Below are positions 1 through 11,935 of a stretch of DNA of 64,000 nucleotides, one piece after another. Source of the DNA: Callorhinchus milii (taxonomy: Eukaryota); assembly GCF_018977255.1 (NCBI RefSeq), contig NW_024704742.1:43402001-43466000 (forward strand), given 5' to 3'. The position numbers were made by a program, and so were the translations under genes. A model generated the notes under the pieces. That model was given only the letters and a program-made list of their open reading frames with translations, had not been told where the DNA came from and did no database searches. Each line of letters begins with the position of its first letter. Position 1 is the stretch's first letter.

Positions 1-328
1 GCATTTGGGAGAAAAAACCCAACCGATCCGCCCGCGAGACCTAAAGTGCCGCCTTGGCCGCCGTGCACTTTAAAACACTTATTAGTTACTCGGTTACAAG
101 TAGATCCCACGTTGCCGGTGTGTACCGTCCGCACAAACCCACGGACCCCGACAACCAGCGCTGTGCCCCGAGTGCTGTTCGCATTGAAAGACAAATATAA
201 AGATCCCACTGTCCAACAGTAACAGATGGAATAGACCCCGTGGCTATTTTTTTTCCCCAGCGAGTGTTTTTCGCTGACAAGTTGGCGTGGCTGGAGGGGT
301 TGCCGGCCAAAAGCTGGTCGCCACTCAC

Positions 329-352
329 CGCGATCAGGTTGCCCTTTCTCAT
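329..352 (-). CDS. Candidate second alternative mini first coding exon MRKGNLIA
   Basis: GGCAATGA start context, 8 codons, then consensus donor GCG|GTGAGT in phase 0 (same phase as the 784-867 exon). Confidence 0.35.
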
Positions 353-436
353 TGCCTCCTCCCCGCCCCCGCCGGGCACTGTGTGAGAGCAGAGCATCCA
401 ACACCGAACAGGCAGCGAGCGCTGGACAGTCCAGGC

Positions 437-722
437 TCCCCTCCTCTCCCAAACCCTCCCCTCCTCTCCCAAACCCTCCCCTCCTCTCCCAAACCCTCCC
501 CCCTCTCCCAAACCCTCCCCTCCTCTCCCAAACCCTCCCCTCCTCTCCCAAACCCTCCCCTCCTCTCCCAAACCCTCCCCTCCTCTCCCAAACCCTCCTC
601 TCCCAAACCCTCCTCTCCCAAACCCTCCTCTCCCAAACCCTCCCCTCCCAAACCCTCCTCTCCCAAACCCTCCCCTCCCAAACCCTCCCCTCCCAAACCC
701 TCCTCTCCCAAACCCTCCCCTC
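437..722. repeat. Tandem repeat of 20-nt (ctcctctcccaaaccctccc) and 15-nt (cctctcccaaaccct) units
   Basis: Directly visible. Generates the PSSPKPS / GRGGF ORF artefacts. Confidence 0.95.
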
Positions 723-783
723 CTCTCTCCCCCACAAACCCTCCCCCCGGCTCTCTCCCTCCAGCTATTCCCTGGTTCCTTAC

Positions 784-867
784 CTGCTGCGCGAACGGGT
801 TTTCCTTGATGTAGCTGAAGACAAACGAGGAGAAGAGGAGGTCTTCGCTTAGTCCACAGCCCGCCAT
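784..867 (-). CDS. PPARGC1A: Candidate distal first coding exon of a PGC-1 family coactivator (probably PPARGC1A by synteny; peptide is PGC-1beta-like): MAGCGLSEDLLFSSFVFSYIKENPFAQQ
   Basis: Strong Kozak context (GCGATGG) and 28 codons ending at phase-0 donor CAG|GTAAGG. SSFVFSYIKEN resembles the recalled PGC-1beta exon-1 motif (SSF[F/V][L/F]NYL). It lies in a CpG island on the same strand downstream of DHX15, matching known DHX15-PPARGC1A synteny. The rest of the gene is outside the window. Confidence 0.68.
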
Positions 868-1005
868 CGCCAGCAGAGGAGGTGGGTGGAGGGATGGAGG
901 GAGGGAGGGAGGGATGGAGGGAGGAAAGGGAAAGGAGGGAGTTGCTGACAGTCCCTGTCCGAGCCGCAGTCACGTGCGAGCCTCCCCCAAGCCTCCAGCT
1001 CCCAA

Positions 1006-1164
1006 CCCGGCTCTGCCCACACCGGGAGCCCGGCTCTGCCCACACCGGGAGCCCGGCTCTGCCCACACCGGGAGCCCGGCTCTGCCCACACCGGGAGCCC
1101 GGCTCTGCCCACACCGGGAGCCCGGCTCTGCCCACACCGGGAGCCCGGCTCTGCCCACACCGGG
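1006..1164. repeat. Minisatellite, ~7 x 23-nt cccggctctgcccacaccgggag
   Basis: Six perfect units plus a 21-nt seventh unit. Confidence 0.95.
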
Positions 1165-1536
1165 CGCCGGGAACAGCAGCGGCGGTGAGAGCACCTGTTA
1201 CACTCCCCCCTCTCCCCCTCTCCCCCTCTGTGAGCAGCAGAGCTCAGGCTGTGGGGGTGACCCACGTTGGGATGGATAAACCTTTGCAAATTGTCTCTTG
1301 TTTAATGTCTTTATTTGAAACTTCCCCCCTTCCCCCCCCCCCCCCCCCCTCCCACTCTTTTCTTTCTCTCTCCTTTTTTTTTCTTCTTCCCTTCTTTAAA
1401 CAATCTCCTCCTGTATCCTGCTATCCTGCGATCACGTGCGCTCACGCCTCCTTCTTCCTCCCCCCCTTCCTTCCTTCCTTCCTTCCTTCCCCCCCTGGAA
1501 GCTGGCGCGTGCTACAAGTCCAGAAAGAGAGAGATG

Positions 1537-1571
<35 letters not shown>

Positions 1572-2039
1572 GGGGGGAGGAAGGAAGGAGAGGGAGATTA
1601 AAAGAGAGGGAAGGAGGAAGGGAAGAACGAGAGAGAGAGAGAGAGAGAGATGCCTGGCAATGGGAAGCAAGTGCAGTCACTCAGGGGAATTGCAGGAGCG
1701 TTTGCAAATCGTCTCGATCCATCGCTGCAAAGTTACTGACAGTGCAGAGAGTTGCAAAATATTTGAAAACAACAAAATTCCCTTTTTTTTTTGGCCCCTG
1801 TTTCCCCCCCCCTCTCCCCCCCCAACCCCAACCACCCCCCCCCCCAAAAAAAAAATACCCCCACCACCGGTAAATTTCTTCTCTTGGGAAAATAGAGCAA
1901 TACTGTCACGTGCACGGTCCCAGCTTCCCGACAAGTCCAGCAGAGGGGGCCGGGAATTGCACAGTGCGATGTGTCACCCAATACTTGGAGCAGATATAAC
2001 GTAGGTCCCAGACACAGAGCAGCAGCGGCTCCTATTCCA

Positions 2040-2153
2040 TCCTCTCCCTCTCTCTCTCTCCCTCCCTCTCTCCCTCTCTCTCTCTCTCTCCCTCTCCCTC
2101 TCTCCCACCCTCTCTCTCTCCCTCTCCCTCTCCCTCTCTCCCTCCCTCTCTCT

Positions 2154-2184
<31 letters not shown>

Positions 2185-2305
2185 CCTCTCCCTCTCTCCC
2201 TCCCTCTCTCTCTCCCTCTCTCTCTCTCCCTCTCTCTCTCTCTCCCTCTCTCCCTCTCTCCCTTTCCCTCTCTCCCTCTCTCTCTCTCTCTGTCTCTCTG
2301 TCTCT
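2040..2305. repeat. (CT)n-type polypyrimidine tract
   Basis: About 265 nt of almost pure C/T. Confidence 0.95.
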
Positions 2306-2537
2306 TGACGGTGTATCTTTCGGCCAAAGGCAGAGCAGCGAGCGAGCGCCTGGTCCGGACACACTGCTCTGCTCGCCTGACCCAGGCGATGCTGCAGGGA
2401 AGACAGACCGACTGAAGGTTGCGATGGGGGTTAAAGCATCTGTTCGGTGCACTCAGCGCCTGAGATTTTTTTTTCTCTCCACTCGTCCTTTTAACTTTCA
2501 CTTTTCGTCCTGGGAGAAGGCATCGAGCAATCGCGCT

Positions 2538-2594
2538 GAGACAGACAGACAGACAGACAGACACGCAGACAGACAGACAGACAGACAGACAGAC
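2538..2594. repeat. (AGAC)n microsatellite
   Basis: Directly visible. Confidence 0.9.
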
Positions 2595-3437
2595 GGGGGT
2601 CTAAGGGAAACCAGATACCGTGAATGGACAGATATGCAATCGTGATTAAAAATGAACCGATTTCCCTTCCAAGGCTTCCGCCGTGTTTTTGTTTCACGAT
2701 AACGCTGTTTCAAAGACGATCACTTGTTCTCGCAGTCTTCATCCGAGTCCAACAGGACCTGGTACCTGTAGTGAGACCGCTGCAAATGCTCGAGAACCCA
2801 AGCCAAGCCCGTGCCCAGGTGGGTGGGTTTACCACTAGACGGTGTCACGGTTGCCCCCCGGGGGAGGGGAGCAGTCCCTCCGACTGAGTCTCAAGTCCAA
2901 TTTTGCAGACCCACCAGACCCGAGTCGGTCCGCGGGGATCGCGAGGTGTCGGGACCCTCGATTCAAACTGCACTTCAGATCCGCACCTTCAGGACGATCG
3001 CTCCCGGTGTGTGGGGTCGGATACCATCCGCCCCTCTCGGATGGTTATAGCTACTCCAACCTCAGGTGCTGGTCCGGGCCATCTCCTCGCTGTGCTGCTG
3101 TCGGGTCCGTCAGATGATACGCGGGGATCCTTTATACACTTATTTCTCAGGGGTGGGGGGTGGTGGGGGGGGTGGGGGGGGGGTGGGGGGGTGTGTGTGT
3201 GGGGTGGCAGCCCCTATCACCAGCCCGAAACCCTATACCCCCTCCAGTGCGTAGAGGGAAAAAACAACCATGGGGGGTGCTCCCACTTTCCTTCAGATGA
3301 CAAACACTTTGCACTTCTTTATTCAGCCTCTTAACAGTCAGGTTTTATCTTCCAGGTGGAAATCGGATCGGCAGATATTTCCCCCCTTCCCCCTTCGCCC
3401 CACCCCCCCCCCCCCCCTCCCCCCAACACTGAACGAT

Positions 3438-3488
3438 GGGTTGGTTGGGTTGGTTGGGTTGGTTGGGTTGGTTGGGTTGGTTGGGTTG
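3438..3488. repeat. (GGGTTGGTT)n tandem repeat
   Basis: About 5.5 copies of a 9-mer. Confidence 0.9.
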
Positions 3489-3807
3489 TTTCGCCCGCAA
3501 GATCAGTGCGGTTACACGTCGGGGTTGGCTGGAAGTTGAGAGGCTGCAGTAACACAGTGGTTTCCCCCCTTCTCTCACTGTGATACACACAGCGTGTTCC
3601 CGGGTCATGTGAGGATGAGCGGTTGGTGTCTGTGGTGCAGGTGCTGAATGCGTAATGGAAAGCGTCGGAAACCTTGGAGAGTACCGTTGCTATCGACCTG
3701 ATAACTCCACAACACTGTAGTACAGAGCCCCCCCCTCCCCCCCCCACACACACACACACACACGCACACACGCAGGTTATTCTGCTCGGATCTACCTGGC
3801 TCGGCTC

Positions 3808-3839
<32 letters not shown>

Positions 3840-4211
3840 ACCCCAATCCAGCAGAAGCTGTCCAGGATCTGCGCCTTTCCCCCCTCCGGAGCGCAGGTAC
3901 ACAGTACACAGTACACAGTACACAGTACACGACCTCAATCTCGCGTGTGTGTGTCTGTGTGTCTGTGTGTGTGAGAGAGAGAGAGAGAGACGCACGTACC
4001 CGGTTACTGAGCTGTGCCAAACTGGGGGGGGATCGCGCTGCCGAGACGGGAAGCCAAGTTGAGAGCTTTTCCCGATCAGTTAACTCGGGCCGACGAATAA
4101 AAATCAGCTGTTCGCAGAGTCCTGCGGGGGTGGTCCTCTTTCCAAATATAACAGTTACCGTGGGAAAAAAAGGGCAGCGCTGGGTCTGACTGACTGGGGT
4201 GGGATTAGCTG

Positions 4212-4995
4212 CACACAGCACAGCACAGCACAGTACGGCACAGCACAGCACAGTACGGCACAGTACAGCACAGTACGGCACAGTACAGCACAGTACAGCA
4301 CAGCACAGTACAGCACAGTACAGCACAGCACAGCACAGTATAGTACAGTACAGTACAGCACAGTACAGCACAGTACAGTACAGCACAGCACAGTATAGTA
4401 CAGTACAGCACAGTACAGCACAGTACAGCACAGCACGGCACGGCACAGTACAGTACAGCACAGTACAGCACAATACAACACAGTACAACACAGTACAGCA
4501 CAGTACAGTACAGCACAGTACAGTACAGCACAGTACAGCACAGTACAGTATAGTACAGTACAGCACAGTACAGTACAGCACAGTGCAGCACAGTACAGTA
4601 CAGTACAGTACAGCACAGCACAGCACGGCACGGCACAGTACAGTACAGCACAGTACAGCACAGCACAGCACAGTACAGTACAGCACGGCACGGCACGGCA
4701 CCGTACAGTACAGCACGGCACAGTACAGCACAGCACAGCACAGTACAGCACAGTACAGCGCGGCACAGTACAGCACAGTACAGCACGGCACAGTACAGTA
4801 CAGCACGGCACAGTACAGTACAGCACAGTACAGTACAGTACAGCGTGGCACAGTACAGCACAGTACAGTACAGCGCGGCACGGTATAGCACAGTGCGGCA
4901 CAGCACGGCACAGTACAGTACAGCGCGGCACAGTACAGCACAGTACAGCGCGGCACAGTACAGCACAGTACAGCACGGCACAGCACGGCACAGTG
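4212..4995. repeat. Pentanucleotide satellite (CACAG/TACAG/CACGG)n
   Basis: About 780 nt of interchangeable 5-mers. Explains the Cys/Val/Leu/Tyr-rich ORFs. Confidence 0.95.
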
Positions 4996-5673
4996 CTGCT
5001 TCCCCCCCAGGGCTGAGAAGCAAAGTCACACCACAGCGGCTCTCTCTCTCTCTCTCTCTACAGCCCTACATTTAGCGGCACTGACGCGCACAGCCGCCGC
5101 GTTGCACGGACTCGCGAGGAAAGAGCGAAGTTTGGACTGAGAGTGTTCTGCCTTCGCAAACGCAGACGCTTCAGCGTATTTCCGACCTCGTTTTGATCAA
5201 TAGGAAATGCACTCAAACTTCACCCTCTCACCATTTCTCAAACCTTTTCTTGCACGTTCTGCAAATGTGCTTTACACGCAGACCCGTGTCTCTCGCGGCT
5301 GCAGCTCAATAGCAAAGCTGTGGAATAAAACCTCGTGAGTGAGTCCCTTCTGAAAACCAGACACATGTATATACTATATATACATATATACCGTATGACT
5401 GGTAAATAATCCAACGCCGCAGAATGCAGTGTTAAACTACTGTATTTGATCACCCGCACAGTCATTGCACAAATGGCTGTGCTGTTTTCAATTGCTCGCC
5501 CTTTGAAAGTCTGCGAGTTGCGTGCACGGTTTTGCTGGTCCGTCGCCTTTGCTCGGTGTTTCTTCGTGATGTTGTGAATCGGACACGCCGTGGGGACCCG
5601 TTGCCATGTGCCTGGCATTGCTGTGTGCCTCTCGTTGCTCTGCGTTGGGTCTACTCTGCAAGTCAGAACCTGC

Positions 5674-5707
<34 letters not shown>

Positions 5708-6359
5708 CGCGGCTACATTCAAAGTGCACGCCTCACCCCCAGCATTTCACCAGCCCGGCTTTCATTTGGGGATTTTAAAGGGATGCAAACCCAATCGTTC
5801 AATTCATCTCACTCTTCCCTCTTCCTCGGTGCAGAAGCACTGGGGGGGGGGGCGGGGGGGGGGTGGTGGATGTCACCAGCAGCTGAAACCAGCCATGGGG
5901 ATGGTGTGGCTGCAAACTCCACTGAAATCATTTCAGTTCCCGGAGTGTGTGGCTGTGATGGTCGTTGTGATATTGCCTGGGGATGTCCGGGTTAAACGGC
6001 ATGTGGTGCAGTTGTCATTTGATTGTTTTAAATGAAAGGGGGAAAAACGATGCCTTCCAGGAATAAATTATTCAAAGCACCCGTTTGTAATGCGCTCACA
6101 TCAAAGGGACTACCTTTTTTTTTCAAAAAAGAAAAAAATCGATTGCTTATTCACTCAATGCGTTCTCCCGACGTGAAAAAGAGCTGCAGAAATACAACTT
6201 GTTGTTGTTGTTGTTGTTGTTGTTGTTTTCAAGACGTTCTTCAACGTCTTAACAGTAACAAAAACAACAAATTACGTTTGTACAGGGCCTTTTACGTGGG
6301 GACGGTGTTTCAGGGCGCTGGTAGTTTGGGCAGTTTGTTTGGGGACAAATTGGGTAGTT

Positions 6360-6455
6360 TGGGACATATGTGAATGCGAACGCCAGGAAGGTGGAACATG
6401 AACCAGATGGACTTTGGTCTTTTTTCGTCTAGCATTTCTTATGTTCTTATATTCC
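6360..6455 (+). mobile_element. CR1-type LINE 3' tail fragment
   Basis: Ends in ...ctagcatttcttatgttcttat, a CR1-like terminal repeat. Confidence 0.45.
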
Positions 6456-6744
6456 TAAGGTGCTGGACAGTCAGAGATTCGGACCTGAGCTGGGGGTTGG
6501 GATCAGGAGGGATGGAGGGCAGGGAGGCGAGGGGTAGGAGAGTAACCAAATAAGGGAGATAGATCAACAGAATAAAACTGCTTTTATTTATCAAGTTGGT
6601 TTCAGCATTTTAAAAATGGCATGTTGATAGCGGTTTTGAAGTCTAACCTAAACTTTTTATAAGCAATAGAAAATGCATTGGATAGTTTCTTAGTAGAACA
6701 GCCTGCATTGATACACACAGGAAGGGGTGTTCCTCATATAATAA

Positions 6745-7160
6745 TGTAATAATTCTTGCATTTGACGCCTTATCAAGTCGTTGCGACGTCTCAAGGTGCT
6801 TCACAGAATATAATATGTAAACAACAACAACTTGCATTTATATAGCGTGGGGCAGCACCTCAGAGCGCTTGGTAAAGTGGATTGACTGCGTATTTTGTAG
6901 ACAAACATGGAACCCAATTACGCACAACAGTATCCCACAAACAGTCGTGGATTGAGTTACAAATTTTTATTTTTGGGAGGGATTATTACCCCTGGAAAGC
7001 AATCTGCCAATTGACTAGCAACAGGTTCCTACTTACTGCTAGGTAAGCAGAAGCGTGTGGAGTAAAGAAACTTGACTAAGGTTTCACTCTGGCTGGGAAT
7101 TGAACGGGGGTTCTGTCACTTGCGAGGCGAGCGTGCTAACCACTTATGCAATGGGACTCC
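6745..7160 (-). mobile_element. tRNA-derived SINE with L2-like tail, interrupted by a short L2 tail (~6820-6870)
   Basis: Shares body (aaagtggattgactg..., cccacaaacagtcgtggattgag) with many copies in the window. tRNA-like head with A/B boxes on the minus strand. Confidence 0.8.
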
Positions 7161-8134
7161 TAAATATACAAATTTTGAACCTACCTCTTATGCAGTTTAG
7201 GTACCTCAGTTATTAAAGGCTCTTTCCAATAAACACGGAAATATACAAAGGACTCGCTTTTTCAGACAAGAGAGCTGCGTACCTTTATTTAAAGTGTCAG
7301 CACAGTGTTAATCTCACTTTGGTTGTAATGCAAAGATAAGCCTATTTGAAAGACCACAAGTTGGAGATTTCAGATTTGTCTTTTTGCTCAAAGCTGTGGA
7401 GTTTCAGAGAACTCATTTTGAAGAATCAGTTTTAAAAACTTTTTTTGCATATTCTTTTCCACAATATTCTCACGTTGTTATCTAACTATGAAAATGTTTT
7501 GCATAGTATGTTCACAGCGCTGTTGCTCTGATTGTCTGCAGGCCAAAGGAGACAGACTTGTCTGTACGGGCAGCTAGTTTTCAGCTCACCCACTGAAATG
7601 CTGAAAAATACTATTCGTACAATAATGAAACGAGTCAAACTTCACGTTAGGTGTATTGCTGTAATGTTAGCCATGATCCACTAAAACAAATATAAGAGCA
7701 ACAGTTTTAAATAAAAAACAGTTTTAAATAAAAAACAGTTTTAGAAAAGTTACTGGCATTCATAAAATTGTGTTTTCCTTCTAGTTTCTCTACTTCGCTA
7801 TACTTTTTTTAAATGTAGACTATTATTTCCTACCTTGTAACTACCTCTTTTCACCAATTGCTAACTTTAAACCTATCACTTATATTTCTTCCTCCAGCTC
7901 CCATTGTCCATGTTGGAAGCTGGGAACAACTTATTTTAAAAGTGATTTTCATCGATTAAATTAACAGGTTGATTTGCAACCAATGAACACCAACAGAATT
8001 TACAGATCACATCGCAGATGCAACCCTGTTACTCTCTGGTGTGATTTTTGCATCTGAAAGAGGATGTGGGATCATACTCCGGTCCAATAGGTAAAAAGGG
8101 TAAGATTCAAGTTCACAGCATCAACTAGTTCCAC

Positions 8135-8640
8135 ACAAGAACAACTTGCATTTACATAGCATCCCTCAAGCAGGGGAATGGAGAGGAATGAAGGATAAGC
8201 AGGAGACTGGAGCCAATTGAACGGAGGCAACTGGTAGTGGTTTGGGGAGCAAGCAGGTAGAAGAGGTGGGGAGGTGCCAGGGCATGAAGGGATTTGAAAA
8301 CGAGTATGAGGATCCTGAAATTGATCCATTTCATGATGAGGGGTCAGGGGAGCCTGGCTAGAACTGGTGTAATTGGGGTACAGCGTTTAGTACAGGTGAG
8401 TGTGCGGGCAGCGGAGTTCTGGATTAATTGAATTTTGTGGATAGTGGAGTTAGGGAGACCTGAGAGGAGGGCATTGGAGAAGTCAAGGCGGGAGGTGATG
8501 AAAGCATTGGACGAAGGTTTCGGCTGCATTTGGGGTAAGATACGATCATAGGTGGTCAGTGTGGCAGAGGTGAGGAAAGCAGTTCTGCTCAGGGACCGGA
8601 TGTGGAGGAGGATGGACAGCTGGGGATTGAAATGCACAAA
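8135..8640 (-). mobile_element. LINE2 (L2 clade) 3' fragment, degenerate RT C-terminus
   Basis: FITSRLDFSNALLSGLP...IQNSAART and FRILILVFKSLH motifs. Confidence 0.9.
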
Positions 8641-9989
8641 GAACCTTCAGGAAACATATCTAACATCTGAATGTCATATATTTAAAACCTGGTCCTCTGA
8701 ATTCAAAGCCAGAGCAGAGTCAATAACAGACCCACACGACCCACTACAGGAAAGGGCACGTATTTAATCTATATTGAATCGATAGTGATTTGTCATGAAC
8801 TAATTATTCGCATCTTGGAATGTATGATTTATTTCACATAAAAGTATTAATTCCCTATATAAAAAGTGAATTTACAGCTCCCCTAGCAGAACTTATGCAG
8901 TGACAAAAAGAGGGGGAAACACACAATGAGAAGAGGGAGAGGTGAGAAAATTGAATGAGAAACACAAAAAGGTGAATTTACAGGGGATCTCCCTTACAAA
9001 GTTTTCTAGCATACCATTGTCATGAGAGAATCTATGTCAAATTAATCCCCCTTCATTGTAATTTGTTTTTTGTATAGCTCCCAAAGGTAAACTATACATT
9101 ATGTGGACCTAAATACCTCAGTGCAGCAGCTGACGTGTTCAAATGTTTGAGTGAAAATAAACAATATTTCTCCTTACAAAATATAAAGATATATTATTTC
9201 CAGACATGAGGAGATTGTATAATTCATAAGTAATAAAACTGTGAGCCCACTCCAGCCAGCCACCTCATAAGTAGAAATAATATTACAGCCCAAGCTTTAA
9301 TTTTAGGTGTTTAATATATATAAAAATATATAACATTAAACTGCTTTGTAGTTTGGGAAATGTTGTGGAGAGCATACCCTTGACTATGTTATTGGTTTAC
9401 TGTGTCTTCATAAAATGAGGAAAGATACACTACTTATAATTGGAGTAACAGTTGTCATTCTTCAAATAAAATTCGATTCCACATACCAGATCTATTGACC
9501 AAAACAAATGAAGCATAAAGCAAAATGTTTTGCAGGCACTCATGCTGAAGAGTGCATTGTATCTTCCAATCATAAGACTGCCCATTGCTGCACTCCCATG
9601 CTGTTTCCTCCTCAGTTAGAACGTGCACCAAACACAAACAATAATAAGTCTGTGTTTCCTACTTTTTGAAAAAAAATGGTCAATGCTGCTGAATAAATAA
9701 TGCACAAAAATTAGGGTAGTTCTGTCTTATGGCCATTAGGGGCATAAAATTCCATAGGACTGTAACTTTACGCACCACTAAAGATTTAATGCAGTATTAA
9801 TGCACTGTAAATAATTCCAATAAAATGTAAAAAAACTCACTAAAATAATCAGTAAGTTCTCAACTTTCAAAATGCATTTGTGTCGTCTATTTATTGTTTT
9901 TAACCACACAACTGGCTTGTATAACTTTTTGTGAACAACAGCTATATATCCAAACAAAAGTACGTTTGGAAAGTAATAAAACAAATGTA

Positions 9990-10350
9990 TAACAATAATA
10001 ATCCTTGCATCTGATATAGTGCCTTATCACATCATTCAGATGTCTCAAAGCGCTTCACAGAATATACTGTAAAGTGAATTGACTGTATATTTTGTGCGCG
10101 AAACGCACAGCCAATTGCACATAAATTATAGGTCACTCAATCCACGACTGTCTGTGGGACACTGCTGCTATTTTTTTTTAAGGGATTATTAACCCCAGAA
10201 ACCAATCCACCAATTGACTAATAAACATGTTCCTGCTTACTGCTAGGTTAACAGAGGCATGTGGAGTAAGAAAACTTGCCTAAGGTTTTGTGCTGCCTGG
10301 TCCTCTCCCTTGCCTGGGGAGTGCTCTAACCAATATGCTGCAGGACTCTA
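9990..10350 (-). mobile_element. tRNA-derived SINE, near full length
   Basis: (aat)n-ccttgcat tail, conserved body, head ending ...caggactc. Confidence 0.85.
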
Positions 10351-10809
10351 TGGTAGGAATTCCCAGTAATATTCAGACATAATCTACTTACGTCACCTAT
10401 CAATCTCACAAGAGTTGTAATGGCACTCTGCTTCAGTCCTGCTCTTTATCAGGCAAAAGAAGTCACAATTTTTTTGGATCAAGTGGCTTTCCTGAATGGA
10501 AATTCTTATTATACACTGATTATAGCTTTTATTATATAAAAAAGAGTTGAAATTGAATTTACTGGAATAAGATTAAACAATAATAATCTGTGTATTTTGA
10601 TATTGATGATTTCTCAAAGCACTTCACAGGATTCATTGCAAAGAATTAAGACTGTGTATTTTGTACGTAAACATGGCAGCCAATTTGTGTAGAGCAATAC
10701 CTCATAAACAGCTACAAAGTGAATAACCAATTTTATTTTGGAGAAGTATTTTGGTCAGCCAGGCGTCTGACACGTGCGGAAACCCATCACCATGTTTAAG
10801 ACTATCCAA

Positions 10810-11133
10810 ACCAGACTGAGAGTTCCATGTTTGGTACCTGTCCTTTGGATGAGACGTCTAATTGAGGCCCCATCTGCTTGTTCAGGTGGATGTTAAAAAT
10901 CCCAAAAGAGAAAGTAGTTTCTCTCTCCCAGTGTCCTGGTCAACAAATCCCCGAAATAAAATTGGTCGCTACTCCATGGCTGTTTGTGGTGCGTTGTCAT
11001 GTGCAACTGGTTGCTGTGTTTTCCCCACAAAATATATAGTCACTGCACTTTAAAGTAAATCCTGCGAAGCGTTTTGTGATGCCTTCACAACGTGATAAGG
11101 TGCAATATCAAATGCAAGGATTATTATTATTAC
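10810..11133 (+). mobile_element. Deu-domain-type SINE with shared tail
   Basis: tgtcctttggatgagacg...ttcaggtggatgttaaaaatccc core, tail caaatgcaaggattattattatt. Confidence 0.7.
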
Positions 11134-11778
11134 TACATACAGAAATTCTCATGTCTGGAACAGAATGCACACCCTGTTTGTCTAATTCCAGAGAGTAGTA
11201 GGACACTGACCATTATAATGAAAATTTAAAATTTGGGGGTGACTCTTCGATCCTCAGGAAACTTACTGACCTTGGGGAGCACATGTGTCTCAATCTCCAC
11301 TGATCTTTTAATTTGTCAACTTTCGTGGTGCAAGCACATAGTGGAAATATCACCCCGGTTAATGTTGAAAGGAAGCAGTTAACTAAATGCTTCAAAGCAG
11401 CATTATATTTGAGCTGCAATAAGAAAAAAAAATCAGAGATTTCTTTTCATTGCGAAATGATCTGCAGCTGCTATTTTATTGTTTCAATCCTATTTCAGTG
11501 GATGCATTGGCTGACTTGCTGTCCCATTGATAAATATTCAGGAACATTAATTATTTGATCTTATCAAAGATGCATGGTTACAAATAAATGGAATTCAGAT
11601 AAAGTTTAAAGGCATTGAGTCGACTGAATCAATACATTCAAAATAGGTTTATAAATATGAACAATCCAAGCTGGTGCTTTGAATGGGCCCTTTGGAAGCT
11701 TGTTTCCCTTTCTTTGCTACTTACACTGAACTGAATTGTTATTGAGTGTGCCCTATTCATGCCTGCCCAGTAACTAAC

Positions 11779-11935
11779 ACATTGAAAGGAGGACATGGGT
11801 GAAGTGTATATAGACATGCCTAGCATTCACTCACGATTTTGAGGTATGAACCTTTTCTGCTTTTACATACCTCAAAGTTGTGAGTGAATGCTAGGCATGT
11901 CTGTATACACTTCACCCATATACTCCTTTCAATGT
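11779..11935. repeat. Long inverted repeat: 70-bp arms, 17-nt loop
   Basis: 11779-11848 is the reverse complement of 11866-11935 with 5 mismatches. Confidence 0.92.

Larger units (their letters stand above)
1..6300. promoter_or_regulatory. CpG-rich island / putative distal promoter region
   Basis: Visibly high GC and CpG density compared with the AT-rich remainder. Contains the candidate first exons and three TCACGTGC E-boxes (CACGTG at 971, 1433, 1907). Confidence 0.6.

Noticed and set aside
86..1135. 349-aa ORF with RGG-box-like (GRGGF)n repeats
   Set aside because: Produced by the tandem repeat at 437-722; several frames on both strands are open there, and there is no unique domain.
1006..1164. 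CRISPR-like array of palindromic 23-nt repeats
   Set aside because: No unique spacers, no cas genes, vertebrate context.
1733..2645. Glu/Arg-rich and Ser/Leu/Pro-rich ORFs
   Set aside because: Translations of (CT)n/(GA)n tracts.
3331..5029. 551-aa Cys-rich ORF and overlapping ORFs
   Set aside because: Translation of a pentamer satellite that is nearly stop-free.
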